From positions 748,671-812,670 of the forward strand of contig NW_019091357.1 in assembly GCF_001949145.1 (NCBI RefSeq): DNA of 64,000 bases, in the 5' to 3' direction. A program made the position numbers and the translations under genes. A model generated the notes under the pieces. The model had not been told where the DNA came from. It saw only the letters and a program-made list of their open reading frames with translations, and searched no databases. This document shows, piece by piece, positions 51,401-61,880 of this stretch (within the stretch, counting starts at the first letter, position 1; each line of letters opens with the position of its first letter). Origin of the DNA: Acanthaster planci (taxonomy: Eukaryota).

Positions 51401-51761
51401 TCATCCCTGCAAAGCCCATTAATTAATTATTACTTGGTGCTACATGTTTTTCCTATTTTGCAATCTCAATAAGCAAAATGTACACGTTTATTTTACTTTT
51501 TCAAGTCGTACTTGCTAGTAACTCGTCTATCCAAAGCTCCTCCTATCCAGATTCAATTGAATTGAAAAAATGGCGTGAGATCAGTCTTAAAAGTTCCAAT
51601 TTTTCTTCAGATTCAAGGGCAAGTAATAAATGCAATGCATGCAGAAGGAGCACTTCCGAAGGTGTTCGAAGTCAATAATTTCTCGCAAAGTCAATGTCGG
51701 ATGTTTTAAGTCATCGATAAGGCCAAAACATTGCTGGATATGCGTAATCTAGATGCACCGT

Positions 51762-52032
51762 TCACAGCTTGAAAAACGTGCACCCAGAGACTGGCTTAAG
51801 ATCCTCAGAACTGGTTGAAGCTGCGCTGTTGGGCTGACAGATACCTTCCTTACCAGACTGCTTCCAGATGTTGAAGGAGTGGCATCGAGGCTCCGCCCAG
51901 CACGCCTGACCACACCCAATGACTCCTGTAACCGTCAGGTTCTTGATCTCATGGTGGAGCAGACACTGAGGTGTGACCTGCCTGTCAGTATTGGCTTGCA
52001 AGCAGTAGGAGTGAGGAGAAACGAGCATCTCA
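51762..52032 (-). pseudogene. 5'-truncated inverted copy of the lectin-PAN gene (PAN/apple half only)
   Basis: EMLVSPHSYCLQANTDRQVTPQCLLHHEIK...CTFFKL* is near-identical to the 3' end of 54828-55556. Homology stops abruptly at 52032, with no signal peptide, no CTLD and no obvious splice acceptor. Confidence 0.8.
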
Positions 52033-53657
52033 TCAATTTTGCCACATTACACCCAATGTCTCCTCATTCACCCTTGAAATGTCTAAAAACTTTCAAGGCC
52101 GGCAAATGAAAAAAAGGAAAATAAAGTTAAGTGCGTCTTATTGTCTTAAAAGGGCCAAATATTTACACTGCTTGACCCCCCTAAGTAACGAAAGAGCAAA
52201 AATCCGTGCAGCATACACTGAAAGCACTTGCCAAAAGGCAATTATTGCTGATGTTATCCAATAAAACCTGCCAGGTAAAAAATGTTGGAGTCACGCTGTC
52301 GCAGAGGTAAACCCGATTAAGCGTGACCATGTCTGGTTACATCGTAAAGAATGACAGCATTGAAATAAATATTTCATCATCATCATCATCATCGTGAGGA
52401 TGCACGCTTCAGTTTTTGTATTAATTTTTCAAAAACAGAGGCCATAGACAACGCATAGCACCATCATCGTATACGCCAGAAATGCAGTGCGATGAGATAA
52501 TTCAATTTGTTTGAATGCCGTGACTTTTGGGCCTTGTCAAAAGGTATGAAAGCGTTAAAACGCAGTAGAATTACAATTTCTATAGAAAACAAATTACAAC
52601 CGACATTCCAGTTATTTGAAATATTGAAAATATAATCAATAAATATGACGTCACGATGAATGATATTTTCCAACAATAATGAGACAAAAGCTTCACTAGT
52701 AACAAGCAATGTACCCGAGGGAGGGAGGAAGGAATTTAAAGTGAATTCTATTATTTATCAGACTACCTGTCGTGTTCTTGATTGGGAGGAGCAAGCCTGA
52801 TAAACACGCTGAAAAAAATTAAACTCCGAGGAAAATCCACCGGGAAAACATTCATTTCGCCAAAAAGCATTGGAAGCCGGTAATCTAAGTTTTTCATGGG
52901 TAAGAGAGTGCTTTCAAAGATTTGGGCAATAATTCTCACAATTATCACAAACAACTCTCATAGTTTACTCATCTCGAACTTCATGATTCCCTGTCGTCAG
53001 TAGTCGTACAGTACATGTAATTCTCATCTTGAGTTTGATTCTGCGTAAGGAGGTGTAGACATTGCAAAGCATCGTGGGTTGCTGGCTCGTGATACCGACG
53101 TCATGCATAATTTCGCCCAAAGTGAGCCAAATCTTTGCATTGTGTCTCTACACTGCGTCCGTGCACTGCTCCTATGGCCCGAGATTATGAACAGCAGTGA
53201 TATCCGATGTTTTTGTTTCGTTTTAAATTGCTTTCTTTTTTATTTTTATATTTTGTTTATTTTGGGGGTACTTGTACTTTCTGCGTGTCCTTTGATCAAG
53301 TCTGTCATTTTCCGGAAATTAGCCCAGCTCAACGGATCCGGAGCGCGCAAAATTTTAATTGGTCCATTACAAAGCAATCAGAAGTTATTATCAATCTAAA
53401 GCAACTAAATGCCTTTAATTTCACCAAAACCTTGGGCTTGTGACGTTTCCTGGCAACCATACGTAAACACACAAACAACATAGTTAAAAAAAAGTCGTTA
53501 AATGAAGAAAATTGTCGGCATATAGGAAAATGAGTCCATTGGGGAGCTGAAGTTTCCAAAATCGACACAACATTCTGCTGTTGCCAAAAGAGTGTCGTGA
53601 GAGTGAACGTCTTGCTACTCGCAGGTACATAAAATTATCTTTAAAAAACCCGGAAGG

Positions 53658-54488
53658 ATGACAGTGCTGGGCGTTCAAATGATTTCTTTTGGAGTTCTAA
53701 TTGTCCTGAGTGTTGGAGCGTTGCAAACTATGCACGCCGCTTGTCCTTTCGGCTGGCTTGCCTGGCAAGACGCCTGTTACATCTGGCTTCCCGATAAAAT
53801 GAATTGGTGGCAAGCTTCTCGAGTTTGCGACGGGCTCAGAAGCAGCCTGGTCGTCCCTGACTCGCAGGAAGAACAAGACTTCATTTGGCAGCAAACGCAA
53901 GAGTTGATCAAAGGACTTAGCGCAAGTAATTTACAGCTGTGGATAGGGTGCAAGAAAAGAGATGGCACTGACGAGTTAGTGTGCCCTGGTCATAATGGCG
54001 CTCCGACCTTTACATTCTGGGCGAGTGTTAAAGCGGCGACTGGGACTGATGACCCTTGTGTCAGAATGAAAGGATATCAAGACGGGAAATGGGACGACAC
54101 AGACTGTAACAATGAGTTTTACGCCGCCTGTGAGATGCTCGTCTCTCTTCGCTCCTACTGCCTGCAAGCCAATGCTGACGGGCAGGTCACACCTCAGTTT
54201 CTGTTCCACCATGAGATCAAGAACCTGACGGTTACAGGAGTCATTGGGTGTGGTCAGGCGTGCTGGGCGGAGCCTCGATGCCACTCCTTCAATCTCTGGC
54301 ACAATGACGAGGACAAGAATGTCTGTCAACTTAACAGTGCCACGAGCCTCGAAGCTGACGTCACTGATTTTCAATATACATCAAATTGCCAATTCTTTGA
54401 ACTGTGCCCTCAGCTTTGCTTCAGACGCTATTCGTCCCCCGTGTTTTCAAAACGTCATATCTTACAGCAAAGCAGTCAAGAATTGTAA
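53658..54488 (+). CDS. Secreted C-type lectin domain + PAN/apple-like domain protein (intronless), copy 1
   Basis: Hydrophobic signal peptide; CPFGWLAWQDACY...WWQASRVC...LWIGC...CVRM...WDDTDC...ACE (CTLD); C-terminal CGQACWAEPRCHSFN...CQLN (PAN/apple CxxxC...CxSF...CxL pattern). Confidence 0.88.
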   Translation: MTVLGVQMISFGVLIVLSVGALQTMHAACPFGWLAWQDACYIWLPDKMNWWQASRVCDGLRSSLVVPDSQEEQDFIWQQTQELIKGLSASNLQLWIGCKKRDGTDELVCPGHNGAPTFTFWASVKAATGTDDPCVRMKGYQDGKWDDTDCNNEFYAACEMLVSLRSYCLQANADGQVTPQFLFHHEIKNLTVTGVIGCGQACWAEPRCHSFNLWHNDEDKNVCQLNSATSLEADVTDFQYTSNCQFFELCPQLCFRRYSSPVFSKRHILQQSSQEL

Positions 54489-54827
54489 TATCTGCTGGAC
54501 TGTAAATGAACGTCTAATTGGACGGTTACTGATTCCTTTTGGTGTCTTTGAGGGAGTATAAAAACATAGCCTTGACTGTGTCTGATAAGGTAAATTGCCT
54601 GCTTTGCTCGTCGCTAAGTAACTGGGGCATAATAATTAGCGCCTTTTCATGATTAATTAAGAGTGCCTTGAACAAGGCCTTTTATGAGGATTAGATATTA
54701 GCCTGAGTTTCATGCCAGCGAAAGGCGTCGTGTATGACAGAGACACTGCAGACACCAGATAGTTTAGACTTCTATTTCGTTAAACTAGAACAAGTGTGCT
54801 GTGTCCTTAATTCGTTGATCGTCGAGA

Positions 54828-55556
54828 ATGTCATCCGTGCTCAGTTTTGGTAGATTTCTTATCCTGACGGTGGGAGTATTTCAAACTGCCGCCTGTCCTT
54901 TCGGCTGGCTTGCCTGGCGAGGCGCCTGTTACATCTGGCTTCCCGATAAAATGAATTGGAGGCAAGCTGCTCGAGTTTGCGACGGGCTCAGAAGCAGCCT
55001 GGTTGTCCCTGACTCGCAGGAAGAACAAGACTTCATTTGGCGGCAAACGCAAGAGTTGATGCAGGGACTTAGCGCAAGTGATTTACAGCTGTGGATAGGG
55101 TGCAAGAAAAGAGATGGCACTGACGAGTTAGTGTGCCCTGGTCATAATGGCGCTCCGACCTTTACATTCTGGGCGAGTGTTAAAGCGGCGACTGGGACTG
55201 ATGACCCTTGTGCCAGAATGAGAGGATATCAAGACGGGAAATGGGACGACACAGACTGTAACAATGAGTTTTACGCCGCCTGCGAGATGCTCGTCTCTCC
55301 TCGCTCCTACTGCCTGCAAGCCAATGCTGACGGGCAGGTCACACCTCAGTGTCTGCTCCACTATGAGATCAAGAACCTGACGGTTACAGGAGTCATTGGG
55401 TGTGGTCAGGCGTGCTGGGCGGAGCCTCGATGCCACTCCTTCAACATCTGGAAGCAGTCTGGTAAGGAGGGCATCTGCCAGCTCAACAGCGCAGTCTCAA
55501 GTGGCTCTGAGGACGACTTCAAACCGGTGACCGGGTGCACATTTTTCAGACTCTGA
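54828..55556 (+). CDS. Secreted C-type lectin domain + PAN/apple-like domain protein (intronless), copy 2
   Basis: Same architecture, 242 aa; tandem paralog offset 1152 bp from copy 1. Confidence 0.9.
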   Translation: MSSVLSFGRFLILTVGVFQTAACPFGWLAWRGACYIWLPDKMNWRQAARVCDGLRSSLVVPDSQEEQDFIWRQTQELMQGLSASDLQLWIGCKKRDGTDELVCPGHNGAPTFTFWASVKAATGTDDPCARMRGYQDGKWDDTDCNNEFYAACEMLVSPRSYCLQANADGQVTPQCLLHYEIKNLTVTGVIGCGQACWAEPRCHSFNIWKQSGKEGICQLNSAVSSGSEDDFKPVTGCTFFRL

Positions 55557-58551
55557 CTTGCACAAATTTAAGCAGCATAAAATGTGAGCATCGTCAACTT
55601 CAGATACCGTGAGAACTTTCTCTTTTGCATAAACCTTTTGAGCCTTCACTAGCTGAACTGGAGACGAGGCAAAGTGAACCTTAATTCCACCTTAAACACC
55701 ACTGTGTTGCTCATTCTTCGTGAAACATGAATCGGGTTGCGAAGTATAGTTTCCAGATTCGTAAAAAAATCCTAATTTAAAGTTATGATATTACAGCTAA
55801 AAATGTAAATATTTCAAGACTAGAATAGAACAGAATATAGAAAAAGTATTGAAACATTTTGAAAAACTTTATGGGAGTTTTGAAAAATAATAAGAAAGAT
55901 TTCATGCACAATAAAAATCTGTAGAATCCTAAAAAAAAATTATTTGTAATCGTCTGAATTACGACAGTAATTGTAAAGAAACCATGAGCAGTTTCCAGCA
56001 AACATTTCTGTATACATTCTGCGTGATATTTGCCTATGTTGGGAATTAATTTTACATTCAGCACGAAATAAAAATGATGTCGCACATGATAACCACAGAG
56101 GCGTTAAGAACGGAAATTTCTCTCTTTATTATATGGCTGATTTCCTTTTGTTTTTGCTTTTGTTTGTATGTATGAGTTTGATTTGCATTCAATCGAGGAC
56201 CCTGAGCAATAGAGGACGATAGGGTCCCCGATTAACCGAGGGTCCCCGAGGGTCCTCCAAAAAGTTGAAGTATATGAAGAGTAGATGAACTACGGGGTCT
56301 CAGTTGTAGGCAAATACACAGTTGTATATGCGCGTGATGTGCTAACCTTACATACCTAGTGTGGAAACGTGAACAAAAGATGTCCACACGATGCAGGAAA
56401 GGGAGACGTTCTGTGGATATTGCCCACGTTCGTAAGTGAGCTAAGAAGAGCTAGCTTACTTTGAACATATTTACGAAATAGATTGGATGGGACTGGGTTA
56501 TTACTAATGTTAAAATGCCAAGGCTTCCTGGGCTCGAGTTATCTCAATTCGTAGCTGGAATTATTTCCATTTACTTATTTAGAAAACAAATATCCCGATC
56601 AGCGTGCTTTAGATTGACACGCCTTGTCCTGACATTCTTGAAACAGAAAACTTGTCCATTAAAATTTTTGCTGATGAAATCCCAAAGAGCAAGGTCCAAA
56701 CTGAAGCCGAATATAGTAGTTCATGTTCTGTGAACTGAGAATTGCTGCTACTCTTCATGGAAAAAATCACAGCCATTTAAATTACTGGCGGTTACGACGC
56801 GCAATTACGGCCCTGTGAGCCGCAAGCATGGGCTAAAAACGTGTGCAGTAGGCGCAGCTGAATAATTCGAACAATGACATCAACAGAGGGCGTCGTTCAT
56901 TCGGCATAAAAAAAAATGATTGCATCATCTCAACTCTAACATTTATATATGACGCATGAAGCCGACGCCTTCGAGCTGAGCCACTGCATAGCGGGAAATT
57001 GTACGTACATGAGCCTGAAGCATGGACCCAATAACTCCCTAGCACTAACCCCGGGGAGTTCCTGCTGTGTTAATTCGACACTCAGTTCATTTTTTTTGCC
57101 GACTAGATTTCTGCCCCAAATGCCTATTTATTACCATTACAGACGGGAAATACACTAACAAGTGTGAAAATGCCTTTTCTTTCCCTTGTTTTGTTAAATT
57201 TTCTTTTTAGCATATAGAAAAAAAAATTGCTGTCTCCTGATAGCACTTCGTAGCAAGGTACCTGTATACGATGAAGCTAGTAGTATGTAGTTCTATTTGA
57301 TCGTGCTATTCTTCGGGAGATCTTACCCCTGGCCGAATCCACAACGCAATTTTTTTTTGGGGGGGGCAGAAATCTTGTAATTTTTTAAGTGACCTTTTAT
57401 TGCCTTGTTGTAGGGGGTGGAGCTACATTTGGGGGGTTTTCACAGGTTTTATGGAAAGAGAAATGAAATAGAGATGAAGAATTGCCTTTCTTTGTCTTTT
57501 TTAAATTTTGAAAATGTTTTGGCTCATATCTGGGGGGCGGGAGGAGATAGCCCCTGTTGGTCTGGCCAGATCCTCTCTCGCTCCAATGAAGTGAATATTT
57601 TCACGTCCAATGGTGAAGTCCATAAACGAATTGGAAAGGTGAATTGGATCGATCGACCGGCACTCGGGGGGGGGGGCGGCGTCTCGCTTTGCCCACTCTT
57701 CACTTCTCCGGGACCCGGCGGGACCTAATGCCTTGGTCAAGTTTTGTGATGATTTCAAATTGGTTCGAAAACTGCTCATAGCTAAACAGCAGTGACTAAA
57801 GAAAATTCACTGACACACGATCCACATTAAAACTTAAAATGTCTGAACCATTAACCAAATAATTGAAATGTTTTATATTCATAAGTTACTGCTCAGGCTG
57901 TTTGAACTTAAGATATGTAATACACACAACATATGAGTTATAGGGATAATCATAATCGAAATTTTTTCCATGTGTGGATTTCTCAAGTTCGTGCGTGCTC
58001 ATATCATTCAATTTATAGCATTCACAATGCTCGCATGCTCAATGTGACATTGACCTTTAACTGCCTGTGTTGACGTCAGCATCACATGACGGCAACATAT
58101 TGCGTCATCTCTATCAATACCTTTATGTACCCAGAAATTGCCTTCTCTAGCTAAGTAGTAACAGTGGCGCGTGTGTAGTGGTGGTGGTTGTGTGTGAGTA
58201 AATTTGCACCTGTCACCATTTCTGTAGGGTATGCATGAGCTTTCATCCTCGATTCGGGCGGGTCGGATGAGCTCAGCTTCCCTATAACTGCACACACACC
58301 ACCTCCCTTCTTTTTCACGTTTACTGTTTTCTCAGAAGCTTGTTTCCAAGAGGTATTTGGAAGGAAATTGAAAAAGAAACGTCTCAACATTTTTCTTTGT
58401 TTTAGTTTTCCTCGACTCCTCAAATGCGTAGACATAAATTAAATAATTAAAATGGAAATATCCTTTCTAAAGAGAAACGGAGGAAACATCGTACGATTTA
58501 CTGCTCATTTTGTAATGAAATTATGAAAGTTAGGAAAATTACATTAATCAG

Positions 58552-58774
58552 GTTTTTTAGCAACCAAATCGTCAAGGAACAAAATAAAGCTCTAATTACC
58601 AGCCTATTAATTATGTTCAACAGAGGGCGCAATTTGACGTGTATATGTAAATGAGGTGCAGCCATAGTTTTCGTTGGGGAAAGTTTGTCCATCACTAAGG
58701 ACGTGTGCAGCGTGCAAATCGACATTTTCCACGTTTTTTATGCCGTGAGCATAAAAGTGTAGGCACTGCTAAGG
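58552..58774 (+). promoter_or_regulatory. Candidate MAK/ICK promoter and non-coding first exon
   Basis: X-box-like GTTTTTTAGCAAC (58552-58564), CpG-containing stretch, and a strong donor AAGG|GTGAGT at 58775. Confidence 0.35.
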
Positions 58775-59148
58775 GTGAGTTGTTATCACTGAGTCACGTT
58801 GTGTGTGAATTTTGTGCATTTGCTTCGTTTCTAAGTTGTTGAAGTACAAAATGTCCGGGTATTCCCTCGCGCTCACAAACGAAGCTGTGTGCGCGGATTA
58901 ACCGTGTAAACACGAGTAAACACACGTACTGACTTCATATTCTACTGGCCGCATTCTATGAGCGCTGTCGGTCATGTCGGTGTCACAGAATGTTATAATT
59001 ACTAGTAGGCCTTGAAGTGCCGACAGTTTTACGATTCTTTTTGAAAAAGGAAAGAACTTTGTTTTTTTCCTCCAGAGGAAAAGCATTCATTCAATTGACA
59101 GGCATTTGACAGACAGATAACTTTAACCATGTTAATGAAGTGGTAGTA

Positions 59149-59575
59149 TTGTTACGGCAGCTGTAACTCCCATTTTCTATCGTTACAGCACTGAACTGCG
59201 CAAGTGCGATGACGTAGCTGATCATCACGATGGTTTATATACTTTAAAATTACCTGGATTGCTGAATGCTTGTGGCCGAGTGGTCAAGGTGGAAGGTTTA
59301 GAATCACTGGTGTGTGAGTTCAAATCCACGCTTGGACCATTTTTTTTTTTTTTGCCTAAATTTCATGTTTTTTGTCGTAGGAATTTTTTTTTTTATGTTG
59401 ATTTGTAATTCAAATTGTATAGGCCTAAGCAGGAGTCTTTTTTCTTCTCATCGGAGGCTTTGGAGAATTTTTTTAAAGGGAAATAAAGTCTGAAATTTGC
59501 ACAAGTCGGTGCGCTTGCACAGTAGCAGTGCCGTAACAATAGAAAATGGGAGATATGTTACAGCTGCCGTAACAA
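59149..59575 (+). mobile_element. Element with ~60-bp terminal inverted repeats enclosing a tRNA-like Pol III core and a poly-T run
   Basis: ttgttacggcagctgtaac-tcccattttctatcgttacagcactg... (59149-59208) vs the reverse complement of 59510-59575; A box TGGCCGAGTGG (59273-59283), B box GAGTTCAAATCC (59316-59327), T run from 59340. Confidence 0.75.
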
Positions 59576-59660
59576 CAGCCACAGCGCAACTTTAAATAAC
59601 TACCAGAAACATTTTTTTGAACTTTGTTCAAATTGTGGCTACATAAACGATATACTAAGA

Positions 59661-59960
59661 TTATCCGTTATATATGTCCAGCGAAAAACGGTCCCATTTT
59701 AAATGAAATTAAGCAGTCTCTCCATTTGGAATAAGTATATGTTTTTCAAGAGCATAATAACTTTGTATGTTTCTTCTTAACAATGTGAGTGACAGTTTGC
59801 TGTCATTCATCTTCATCTTATAAATGTGAATGCAACACAAAAGGAGATTAAGATTGAGGGCGCTCCAATTTTTGTTAAATATACCAAAAAGAATAGCCTC
59901 ATTCTCTAAATGCACTTGCATGTTTAAATTATTTGTAATCCATTCTCTTATGTGTCTAAA
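59661..59960 (-). mobile_element. Tx1/L1-type non-LTR retrotransposon ORF2 3' end, 5'-truncated and degenerate
   Basis: IREWITNNLNMQVHLENEAILFGIFNKNWSALNLNLLLCCIHIYKMKM...IQSYYALEKHILIPNGETA*FHLKWDRF matches the W...ILFG...N..LL...IYK...EK.I...F..KW pattern of L1/Tx1 ORF2 C-termini, with an in-frame stop. Confidence 0.7.
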
Positions 59961-60909
59961 AGGTGGAAGAAATTTCACAAGTACAAAATAAGTACACCAA
60001 CGTCTCAGCCCGGCAAAAAGTAGATAGATCATTGTCACTCTTTCCAATTCTATACAAAAAAGGAGTTGACTACCGCGGTGGTGAAAACAGCAACCATGGT
60101 GACATACACAAGCACCAGCCAGTCCGAGGATTGGGTTATACAATCTTTTCTTTGATCAGTATGTACTCACACGCTCGTTGCAGTTGTTTTTACTGGCCCC
60201 AGTGTGGTTGCTACCCACAATTTTGTGAAACTCCCAGATGTCCGCGCTGCCCCATACTATACATGTACGTGTAACCAGTGCTATGCTCCCAAACAATGGC
60301 TACAAACAACAGCTACATGCATTGTTTGGCATACACAAGGGTTTATCCACTACAAACACAGGGCGAGGGATCCCCTCGTTTTCTCTATTTTCTCAGAATG
60401 ACGCAATCTACATTCAGAATTCGCATCTTGGCATGTACAGAAAAAAACACCTATTAAGCTTGTTATAGTTGAGCTCTGAAGACAAATGATACTGCATTCG
60501 ATTTGGATGCTTCCATATTTATTTGAACAGATAAAATCAGAGAAAACATGTTTTTCTTAGAGGTGCTCTTTAAAGTAGCCTAGTCACAGTGTAGTACATT
60601 GTTTCATTTCACAGAGTGTGGTTTCAGAGAAATGTGTGCTGTCCGATGATACTTAAGAGTTGTCATTCTTTGCCATACCATGTGACCTCCGATGACACTC
60701 CCCAGTGTGACCTGTGTGACCCCCAAGACCTTTGGCTTTCTACCATGCATCCTTCCTCTGCGAACTTAAACCTGACATTTGAAGATAAGCTATGGAATTA
60801 TATTCATCAGTGGTAATGCTTAAAATTTGAAACTGATTAAGCTGGAGACGAGTAGAACTTTGGATCAAGTGAGACTTCATCACGAGGTCATTGCATGGCT
60901 GTGGTCACA

Positions 60910-61007
60910 ATGAATCGCTATCAGATGCTCAAACAGGTTGGAGATGGAACTTACGGAAGTGTCATTCTCGGAAAGACAGACAATGGAGAGATGGTGGCCA
61001 TCAAAAA
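60910..61007 (+). CDS. MAK: MAK/ICK (CILK1) serine/threonine kinase, coding exon 1
   Basis: [33 protein letters not shown] (Gly loop GDGTYG, VAIK); donor AA|GTAAGT. Confidence 0.95.
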
Positions 61008-61494
61008 GTAAGTTTTGCTAAGATCTATAGACTTCATGAATTCAGCACTAGAGCCATAAGCTATATGAACTTTTTGAAAAGGCTTTTGGTCATTTCATTT
61101 TCCTTCATGTCCTTCCAAAAGGGTGTAAAAAGCCCCCAGACGGAGCCTCGCCTCTCAGAAAGACTGTAGTGGGTTACGTAAAGAAATTCAAACTTTTTAG
61201 CCTCTGGATCCACTCTTGGCAATCAGTGGCAAATAACTCACAGAGGGAAGATCTTCTGTAGCAAAAGGAAATTCCGCTGATGTAGGATTCTGACTTTGAC
61301 CTGAGGAATACCGTTAGAGTATACATGTACCTTGGGCTGAGTCTGAATGACGTGGCTATGGCTAGACCTGACATATCTACCTATGAAGGCTGCTTGCTAG
61401 TGGCTGTATTATGTAGCCATTTCCTGTACATTGTCATGGCCGAGTACTTAGCACAGAATTTCATGCTTGTGATATTTTTTGTTTCGCATTGCAG

Positions 61495-61549
61495 AATGAA
61501 GAAGAAGTATTATTCTTGGGATGAATGTATGGAACTCAGGGAGGTTAAG
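61495..61549 (+). CDS. MAK: MAK/ICK kinase, coding exon 2
   Basis: Acceptor cattgcag; MKKKYYSWDECMELREVK; donor AAG|GTAAGA; phases consistent. Confidence 0.95.
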
Positions 61550-61758
61550 GTAAGATACGATGATTTGTTGAAATGAAGACAAAAAATCAAAGATCTTGAG
61601 CACCCTGTTGTGAGTTTAGAAATAGATCAGGAACAAATCAGATATGCATTTACATGCCAAAGTGTGGCTAGTTGAAACCTGAATTGCCAAAGGTGTGGCA
61701 GGTGATTAATTAACAAACGTATATTTCATTTCTAATGATATCTCAATTTTGTTGACAG

Positions 61759-61880
61759 TCGTTGAAAAAACTGAATCACGCCAACATCATCAAGTTGAAA
61801 GAAGTGGTGAGAGAAGACAACCAGCTGTTTTTCATCTTTGAGTACATGAAGGAAAACTTGTATCAACTCATGAAAGACAG
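61759..61880 (+). CDS. MAK: MAK/ICK kinase, coding exon 3 (gene continues beyond the window)
   Basis: Acceptor ttttgttgacag; [41 protein letters not shown]; donor AG|GTAAGG. Confidence 0.95.

Noticed and set aside
53054..53153. Weak inverted repeat (gtgtagacattgcaaag / ctttgcattgtgtctctacac)
   Set aside because: Too short and gapped, with no clear TSD, to call as an element.
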